Origin: Azolla caroliniana
Lineage: Eukaryota; Plantae; Polypodiophyta
Length of the DNA stretch: 64,000 bases
Reading direction: 5' to 3'
Assembly (NCBI GenBank): GCA_043228905.1
Contig: JBHGNT010000005.1
Location: forward strand, 7,130,001-7,194,000
A program made the translations under genes and the position numbers. The notes below the pieces were generated by a model. It was given only the letters and a program-made list of their open reading frames with translations. It was not told the DNA's origin and made no database searches. Position 1 is the first letter of the stretch, and every line of letters starts with the position of its first letter. Below, in pieces: positions 55,101 to 64,000 of the stretch.

Positions 55101-58100
55101 GTGGTATTCTGGGGCTGATCCATGTTATCTTGTTTTCCAAGTTAATAATATCAGTTCGGATCACTTTGTTCTTTTCCACTTTGGTCATATTTAGATAGAA
55201 AGAAAGAAGAAAGATATATTAACGTCTTTTAAGAGGCCGAGAATAGGTTAGATGTTCTTATATTACGCGTGACCTAAAAGAAAATTAAGAAAAAGATGAA
55301 ATCTTATAGTACAATAAACTCTGATGAAACCTTATAGTACACTCTTTATATTTCAATAAGAATTACACCTGAATACCCCATATCTATCTTTCCCCCTTCC
55401 CCAAAAAACCAAAAAACTCTAAAGGAGATGCATTATAAGTATGCCTAAGATACCGCATGCTACAATGTGGCGCACACATGAAGCTATGTTTTAACTTAAA
55501 TTATATATATACATGTGCATTTTACCATATCTAAGACCTAATATGGAGTCCCTAATGCTTATTACTACTATATCTTCGATAGTTACAGGTCTTCACAATG
55601 CCGACTTACATGGTTTGAAACATGTTCTCACACTTTATTTACAAATGTGTGATTTTAGTTGTTTTTCATATCGTGGCACAAAGTGTCTTGACACCACGAG
55701 CTTAATGTTCCAGTTGTGCATGGATTACTATGGAAGAAAACAGTCTCGAATGCATGACAAGGTGCATTGCATTGTGTTGTTTATCTCATGGAGCAATAGA
55801 TCCTAAATTATTTGCAACACCATGAATAAGGATCCAGAAAGGTACTGCATCCTTCTCCCTCTTAGTTGATGATGCCTCCACATCATGCAGTGACAAATCT
55901 ACAACCCTCATCCATTCTCGTTAAAATGTGTACATCTGTGGAAGACCATATTTGTAATAGAGTTACCAGTGATAAGCTGGCGCCTTCACACAGTTTGCTT
56001 TTACTACCCTTATTCGTGCAACACCATGAATAATAATCCAGAGAAGTATTGCATCCTTCTCCCTCTTGGTTCATGATGCCCACATTGAATCAGTGACAAA
56101 TCTACAACCCTCATCGGGGGAATACCATCCCTTCTCATTAAACTGCATGGAATTGTGGAAGACCATTTTTGTCGACAGAGTTACCAACAGTAAGCTAGTG
56201 CCTTCAAGCATTTTGTTTTTAGTACACAGAAATAAAAATTGATATAATCTCTCATTTTCTTTCGTTTAGATATATAGTAATTGTACCAAATAAGTTGCAT
56301 ACCTTCAACTTTCAGTTTTTAGTACCCAAGAAATGAATTGCATGTTATATACCCTCAACTGTTTTCTTTTAAATTCATATATCATCCCATATGAATCATC
56401 ATTTAAGTATTATTTGATCTTGGATGTAACTTTACTGAAAGACCTCAGTTACTATTAGTTGTTTGTTGCGTAGAACATCTTTTATGAAATTGCATATAAA
56501 GTTTATGGCCTCAAACAATAGTAATCAAAATTCTTCATCCATTTCATTTAAGTTTTATCCGGCCTTCAATGTGTTAAAGCTATTATCAGATGCTTATTTG
56601 TTTAACTGCCCTTCTATTAAATTTCATATAAAGCTTTGATTGATCTTGCACATTGCTAATCACTTTATATGTAAACTTCTTTGCATTTCAAGGCAAAAAG
56701 ATTGTGGTTGATTGTGTTGCAAAATTATTATCTGCTGTAAATATTGAACCCATTTCTGAGGCACTAAATGATCGATCGCAACGTTTTCCCTGAATCTTGC
56801 AAATATAATATTCCAAAGCAGGCCTATTTCTTATATCCGTCCTGTTTAATGCCTCCTTATGGAACCTGTTATTATGTTTTAGATATTTAGGTATGCTCAA
56901 GCAATACGTTTTTATAGCTGAGGATATGTGATACTGTGCCATAATGCCATGGGTTTATTGGATTTTCTCTTCAGGAGACACGGTTGGATCTATTATATAT
57001 GTTCCTTGTGAGGTCATTAAGCAAAGAATGCAGATTCAGGGAGTGGAAAGTAATTGGGTGGCCAAAAACTCTCAAGTTAGAGCCTCCAACGATACTGAAG
57101 CTCAGTATTATCGAAGATTTTCACATGCGGCTGTCTCCATTGTTGAGAAAGAGGGTTTGAGGGGTTTATTTACAGGGTAAGCGAACCTGCTTGAGTTACA
57201 GATTCAGTCTCATTTTTCAGCATTTGGGGAATAAGGAAAAACTCATGGGTATTTTGGCCTTTTTTCCTTGTGTATTGAACTTCAAAACGATGCCTAAACA
57301 CGCAGGATGTTCTTAGTTTACATAGTTTCTGTAATCTTGATTTGTACCAGCCAGCTCTGCAGTATTAAATCTTTATACTGAATTGGCATGCTCTTGATCA
57401 AATCAAACAGATAACTCATTAATATTTGTAAGATTGGTTGGAATTCACTTCATGGCAGGTTCGCATCGACGCTTGGGAGGGATGTTCCTTTTGCTGGGTT
57501 GATGGTAAGTCTTTGTGTTTATTAAAACGTAATTTAATTCAGATGGCTAAATAGTTTTTCTTCCTCTTTTGAAGACGTTATCCAAGAAGGTTCATTTAGA
57601 CTTTCGTATTTTTGAACCTTACAGATTGTATTCTATGAAGGCCTTGCTCAAGCTGTTAAATCTGGTAAAGATCCAACAAATGTAAAGGAATTTGCTGTTA
57701 CAGGTATTGAGGATCTGGTAATGGGAGGTGCTGCAGGAGGTATACATTAATTTATGGTGTTTAATCTGCAAAATTATCTGAAGAAATCAAATCATGAATG
57801 GGAAACTGGGTATATGTAGGTTTATCTGCTTTTCTGACAACCCCTCTTGATGTGATAAAAACAAGACTTCAAGTTCAAGGATCTACAAAGCAGTAATCTT
57901 TTTCTCTTTGACTAAAAAGCTGAATGCTCATAAACAGTTTTATGTACTTTGAATTTTGATAAATGCTCATTGTCTGTGTGGAATGCCAGTTATGAATATT
58001 GTTTTTAAAACGTTGCATATTTGTAACTTTACATAACTAGGGTTTGCTACTTCTTTCTCATGGAAGCTTGCCCATTTTTTTTAGGATGTCCATACAAGTG

Positions 58101-58638
58101 TCTCATAATGCAAAGATTATGTATATACTCTGGTTATACGAGGTCACTTTGTTTGTTGCATGTGGCAAGCAATTTCTCTACGGTTACATCGTACCTAAAG
58201 TAGTAACAGAAGAATATCAATGTGTCATACTTCATGAGTTTCACTCTTTAAAATATTGAAAATATGTCAATTTCAAAGTCTTTGTTTTAGGAGCTATTTA
58301 TGAGATTTTAAACTATGCTAAAACCATGACTTCAATGGTACAAAGCATCACAAGATTCACCACTTATGTTACCCACCATTGTGTTTATATGAGAATAAAA
58401 ACAGAAGTAATTTTTCCTTAATAGGTACAAAGGATGGCAAGATGCATTTCAGAGCATATGGAGAACCGAGGGATTTCGTGGGTTTTGGAAAGGAAGTTTT
58501 CCTCGAGTGATGTGGTATATACCTGCATCTGCAGTGACATTTATGGCATGGCAAGCACTCCGGAATGTCTTAATCAAACCAGACAGTAAACAACTCAATG
58601 CTAGTCTCTCAGGTCTTAAAGAAGTTCCAACTCTATAG
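49130..58638 (+). CDS. Mitochondrial carrier family (SLC25) protein, At1g74240-like
   Basis: Exons 49130-49175, 49492-49610, 51934-51991, 52361-52510, 56975-57176, 57459-57504, 57625-57739, 57820-57892, 58425-58638. Three carrier signatures HPVDTVKTRMQ, VPCEVIKQRMQ and TPLDVIKTRLQ, plus RDVPFAG. Confidence 0.93.
50178..51954 (+). repeat. 197-bp tandem repeat x9 spanning the 3' splice site and first bases of carrier exon 3
   Basis: Units start at 50178, 50375, 50572, 50769, 50966, 51163, 51360, 51557 and 51754. Units 1-8 look identical; unit 9 differs at 51901 and 51917 and runs into the real exon. Confidence 0.97.
53697..54600 (-). mobile_element. 5'-truncated RTEX-like LINE with (TTTC)n tail
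   Basis: ORF 54073-54552 reads LRTSSHQLQIEVGRY...EERICQLC...VESEEHYVCHC. The minus-strand 3' end is GGCCATTTTGGCCTCTTAAAAGACGTTAATA(TTTC)n. Confidence 0.75.
55812..56210. repeat. Diverged ~200-bp duplication in a carrier intron
   Basis: gcaacaccatgaataa...gcatccttctccctctt...cagtgacaaatctacaaccctcatc...gtggaagaccat occurs twice. Confidence 0.7.
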
Positions 58639-59249
58639 ACACGATGGCTAAGTCTTATGTACCTAATTCATCCTCAATTGAAACGAGAGAGAGCGAGAAC
58701 TTCAGCTGATTCTTCATTTATTCTTTTACCGTGGAGAAATGGAATCTATACCCACATGTACAGCAAATTCAGTTGATTTTGGCAAAGTGAAAATTTCCGG
58801 CAGTTTTTTGGTGAGCCCAACTCATTTTTCTAGGTTAGTAAAATACCTTGCATCCCAGAAATATATCTTGTTTACTTATACTACACCTTAAACAAACACT
58901 AATTAATTAGTCTAGCCTTGGATAGCATCAATTTGTGATAAACTGGAGTCTGATACCACCACCAATTTATGATAGCTTGACCTTGATACCACCATCTTAT
59001 GATGACAAAATTTGAGGATACTACCAATTTATGTTGATAAAGTTAAAATGGGGTTTGATACCAATGACAATAAACTCAATTCATGTTTAAAAAGAAATAT
59101 ACACCCAAAAAAGACATGTGGTTATTGATGCTTTATTTTTATTATGTGAATGGCTTCTAGATTGCTACCAATTATCACGTGGCATATGATGTCTACTGTT
59201 TTCTCTTACCATGATGATATGGTTTTTTTACCCTCAACTTGATGGCATG

Positions 59250-59660
59250 CTTATGCTATTGCATTACCATGATCATCTTAAACACCACTCTTGTATGCAA
59301 TTGCATTCCATAATCATCGTAAACACCACTCTTGTATGCAATTGCATTCCATAATCATCTTAAACACCGCTCCTGTATGATATTGCATTACCATGATCAT
59401 CTTAACTATTTGGACGTGCTTATCCCACATGCAAATTTTTAACCCATCATGTGTAGGCTTGGTTGTAGCAGCACCATTGTCAATCTATTGGGCGAGACAA
59501 TTGCATTCCACGGTAATCTTAAACACTGCTCCTACATGCTATTGCATTACCATGATCATCTTAACCATTTGGACCTGCTTATCACACATGCAAATTTTTA
59601 GCCCATCATGTGTAGGTTCTAGGCTTGGTTGTAGCAGCACCATTGTCAATCTATTGGGCG
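59250..59660. repeat. Degenerate ~40-bp tandem repeat with a nested ~110-bp duplication
   Basis: ttgcatt(a)ccat(g/a)atcatcttaaacacc repeated; cacatgcaaattttta...gcaccattgtcaatctattgggcg occurs twice. Confidence 0.7.
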
Positions 59661-61113
59661 GGACACTTATAAGCATGCATTTAGGTAATGGATATATAAT
59701 TTCTAGTTTGACCAACAATATTTTTTTCCCTCTTTTGCTGCTCATTGTACTATTTCTACTACTTGTATAGGTTGTAGTATATGCCATATTCATCTAAATT
59801 TTCATGTTAGTTACAACAAATATGGTGAATACCAACCAATCATTGATAATCAAATGATCACTAGCCAACGAAATAAGGTAATTCATACAAATTTTTTTCA
59901 TACATTTCTTGTTATAGGAATTGCGTAACTTTGCATTAAGAGTCAAATTAGGGCTAGAAGTGGAACCAATTAGCAATATAACCTTTAGTACAAATAATTT
60001 CGATAACCATGGCATATACAAGACTTTGAATTTTGGTATACGAGGGGTGGGCACCATTGCACACATGTCATACATCCATGTTAGGCCATATTCAAATAGT
60101 TTGTGATGTCAATTTACAATTTGTAGACTGTTAGAACCAAGAGAAAAGATAGAAGAAAGATATAAAATGATCATAAGAAGAGAGGAATGAAATGATAAGA
60201 GAAGAATGAATGTATGATAGAATGAGAATGGATACAAGGTAGGTGATGAGAGCTTAAGATTGGTGTTGATTCGAATTGATTTGAGAATACATGTATCTCT
60301 ATTTATAGATTCCTATAGAATAGCTTAGAGATTTCTTAATGCTCTAGAATGTTCTAAAACGAAAACATTCTAAGATGTTCTAGGACGTTTTAGAATGATC
60401 CAGAGCTTTTACAATAATCAATATATTACAATAATAGCTTTTACTTCTCATATAACAATAAGTTATCATAATCGTTGGGGTTTTCAATTATGGATTACAA
60501 GGTCCTAGGTTCAAGCCTGGGTGACGCCATAATGGCCATGTGCTCATGACATAGGCAAGCTTACTATGTGCATAAAAGTTTAGCACTAGAAAATTCCACT
60601 AACAATATATGTGAAGAAGATAAACACCTATTCATTTAGAGGCGTTCACAAAATGTAACATGCAGATGTAGGCAAGGATTTACAAAGGTTCTTAAAAACT
60701 TCATATGACCTTGCAAACTTGGACCTCTTCAAGGTTGAGATTCTATGACTTCTTTAACATTGTCAATTGGCACAAAAGAAATCCTTTTAACTTTACAACA
60801 TATTTTCTCACTCTTATTTGCAAATGAAAAGTGAATACATTCTGCATATTCCAATTAAACCATTGCCCCAAATACTTGAAGAACTAAAAAATAATTTGGA
60901 AATGAGGCATCACTCCATTGTTATCCATAGGTGCAAAAACCCAATTAAATGAAGATAGTTTTACTCTAGTCTAAGAGATCCACACTAAGTCGATACACCT
61001 TCAAACTATTTTAGCCATCGGGCATGAAAGAAATCTATGTCGACTATGTTTTGATTCCAGAGAACAAATGAAACACATTCCTCTAACAATGTTTCTTCTC
61101 TTTAAAGCATCCC

Positions 61114-61347
61114 TAGGAATTGACAACGGTCCAGTTTCGGGTTAACCGGTTTGGAAGTTTTCAAACTTGAACCAAACCAGTTAAGCCTAAACCGCTTTGT
61201 AAACTAGTTTGGCCCAATTTGGTTCGGTTTGGCTTGAGCCTTCCCAAACCGATTTATGAAGCTCAATCCTAAACCGAACCGCCAAACCATTTAAAAACTA
61301 GTTTAACGACTCGATTTAGGCTTGAACTGAGCCATCGTTGACTCTTA
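61114..61347. mobile_element. Degenerate copy of the hAT MITE family
   Basis: Begins TAGGAATTGACAACGG; interior collinear with 27935-28237. The right TIR is decayed and no clean TSD is present. Confidence 0.7.
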
Positions 61348-61479
61348 TCTCCAACTATACCTCTCCAAATGAATACCTTATCTTGTAACATCAATCTAGA
61401 ACTCCAACCTGCCATGATTACATGAAACCACTAGGTAATGGGCTAATGGAAGCCCCATATTGTTACAACCCTTTCTTCC

Positions 61480-62900
61480 ATCCACTTAAGTTTTCCAATC
61501 AACTTGCGGGAATCATCATTTGTTGATATCATAGTCAACCTCCTATTTCCAACAAATGTCCAATCAATCTCTTGAGGTGACAATCTAAAACAAGATTTGG
61601 TTTAGATGATGATAATAATCCTCACAACTTATCCCAAATAAAGGTATAACCTCTTGGAATACAAAATGATCATCTTGTTGTTCAAAAGACCATTAATCTT
61701 CTTTGCGACACGAACATAGCGTCCCGCCTCCACAATTAAATTGAAGGTAAAGAAGTTAATCGCCTTCCCACCTCCACAACTTTGATGTTGCTAAAACGTC
61801 CATTTTGTAATGAATTGGCACATCCCCTTTTTTTGTGGAGGATGTCATTGCAAAAAATCTAACAAACTTTGCCAAGACAAGATGTCCATAAATGATTAAC
61901 TATCACAAAACCTACGCGTTTGACATGCCTTTCATTTCAGAATTAATGACATTCCACCAATTAATTAGTTCAAGCGTCAGGTTTCCAAGCTTAATTCTTA
62001 TCTTCTCTATAAAGTATGTCATCCAAGGTTACACACCTTCAAACATAAAATCGAATGAAGGTAAATTGACAAACCACCATATGCTCATATGAATTCAATA
62101 TTGATCCCCCAAGGAGAAACTTCGAAGTACAGACATGATCCCATGTCAACTATGACATGCTAGTTTTCCCTTTTCTCTTGCATAACAACATTTGCATTGA
62201 GTGTAACACCATTTCAAGAGCTTTCTTCAAACATGCTAACAAAGGAAGACAATAAGATATTATAGAGACCATAATCAATTGGACCACCTTAAGTTGTACA
62301 TGAAAATGCCATAATTGAGACTTCTAATACATAAAGTTATCCTCTAATTTTTTTAGATACCTGCTCAATAAGTTTCACTTGGGAAATTTCCACCCCAATT
62401 GGATATCCAAGGTGACGACAAATCATACCATAATGTACTAACATTCCTAACCACCCAACTCTTAACACATCTTGTTTTGTACATGAAATGAGGACAAATT
62501 TATGCATAGTAATTCTAAACGCTGAAGCATTTGAAAACATTTCCCACACATCTCTTGCCTTACTAATATTTTCTTGATTAAGTACCGAAAACATGATATG
62601 GTTATCTACGAGAGCTGGAACAATACATGATTTCCCCGATGGCAACCTCAGTCCAAGCAATTCTTCCTCCACAACCATATTAATTGTGAACAGTAAAGGA
62701 CTAACTAGGCGCCTATGTCTAATTGATCTTTGAATAGAAAGAGGTTGGGTTAATCCTCCATTAAACATCATGCGTGAACAAAATACTCCCATCATATGAC
62801 CATTAAACTTAAGACATCCGATCACCAAAACCCAAACGAGACATTAACTTATCTATAAATGACCAATCCACATGATCATATGCCTTGTCCATATGCATAA
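61480..62900 (-). mobile_element. Degenerate L1 LINE RT-region remnant
   Basis: ORF 62337-62828 reads SIQRSIRHRRLVSPLLF (decayed RQGCPLSPLLF) and CRHLGYPIG. Same family as 19950-21660. Confidence 0.75.
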
Positions 62901-62910
62901 TGCAATAATT

Positions 62911-62943
<33 letters not shown>

Positions 62944-63126
62944 GATACATATATGCTTTTTTGTCAGTTTGTTTCATTCTCTCTCCCTAATTCTCTCTTC
63001 TCTTTGCAAACACCAGATCATAATTGCGTTGAAAACCTGAAGAAATTTGAACCCATGTGAAGAAATCGACCGAGAAACTAGGAACTCGTATCTTGTTTTC
63101 ATCAAGTTTCTCCCTTCCCTGAAGCT

Positions 63127-64000
63127 ATGCATCAGCTCAGGGTCGCTAGCCCTAAACCTAAAGAAGAAGAAGTAGAAGCGAGTCAAGAAATAGATGAACG
63201 AAATCAACCTTTGGAAAAATTCAGGCTTTACGAAACAAGACAGGTTAGTATATACACTTTTAATCTTTAATTTAGCATGTTTTATGGGTAAATGTTTCTT
63301 ACCATTCTGTTTTTTATGTTTAAATTTGATCTATTCATTGTCTTATTTTCGGTCAGTAAAATGTCCTCACACGCTTTTTTTTTTCCTTTATTTATGTGTT
63401 TGTTATTTTACTTTTGAGTTCTAATATATATTTTTTAATTTCTATTCTAGAGGTTCTACTTGATTGGCAGTGATAAAGGCAAGAGATATTGGAGAGTCTT
63501 GAAAATTGATAGATCTGAGCCATTTGAATTAAACATGAGCGAAGACCCTGTTGTATATACTGAACAAGAATGCAATGATTTGCGGCAACGAATTGGTGAT
63601 GGGAACAAATCCACGGGTGGTCTCAAATTTGTCACCAAAGCTTTTGGGATTGCAGGTTCAAATGTCACTCTTTTGTCAATAAGTGTTGCGTGTCTGTGTT
63701 AATTTCTTCCTCTACCATAATGTCTAAACTGCAATTATGTGTGTCTAATGCTATGATGACTACCTGGTGTTAGAATTTTGGGATCATCCTTTGTGATTCT
63801 CATGTCTTAATGTTTAACGTTTACCTTCATCCATGTGCCTCAATGAAAAATCTTGGGCTAATAAAGCTAACAATATAGGTTATGTTAACATTTTGGAATC
63901 ATATTACCTTGTTTCTTAATGTTTAAGTTGTCTTAACATTGTTAATAATACAGGTTGCATTAAATTTTTGGGATCATACTATCTCATTCTTGTAACGAAG
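63127..64000 (+). CDS. SAC-domain phosphoinositide phosphatase, SAC1/FRA7 (FIG4-like) clade; 3'-partial
   Basis: Exons 63127-63243, 63451-63655, 63954->64000. LEKFRLYETRQRFYLIGSD..YWRVLKIDRSEP..LNMSEDPVVY...TGGLKFVTKAFGIAGCIKFLGSYYLILVTK. Confidence 0.9.

Noticed and set aside
60129-60604. Solo LTR (TGTTAG...CTAACA)
   Set aside because: Composition is LTR-like, but the flanks (TAGAC vs ATATA) give no TSD, so boundaries are unsupported.

Overview
AT-rich eukaryotic nuclear DNA from a land plant (a non-seed vascular plant such as a fern is plausible, but that is inference). Seven intron-containing genes can be spliced by hand with GT-AG boundaries and consistent phase: an ABC1/UbiB kinase (+, 5'-partial, At2g39190-like), the small GTPase LIP1/RABL3 (-), an EMB1417-like PPR protein (+), TFIIIC subunit GTF3C3/TFC4 (+, almost intronless), a DUF3054 membrane protein (-), a mitochondrial carrier (+, At1g74240-like) and the start of a SAC1/FIG4 phosphoinositide phosphatase (+). 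Introns and intergenic DNA hold L1 and RTEX-like LINE remnants, a degenerate Gypsy pol, hAT-type MITEs with 8-bp TSDs, a solo LTR and tRNA-derived SINE-like repeats. Two features stand out. First, nine near-identical 197-bp tandem units in a carrier-gene intron create eight identical potential 16-nt microexons (AG|GAAAGTACAAAATTCG|GTGAGT) in the same phase as the real exon. Second, a 3.8-kb TG..CA intronic insertion with one 5-bp TSD is built of three TGTTAC-headed modules joined by tRNA-3'-end/PBS-like sequences. Family assignments come from recalled motifs, not database searches.
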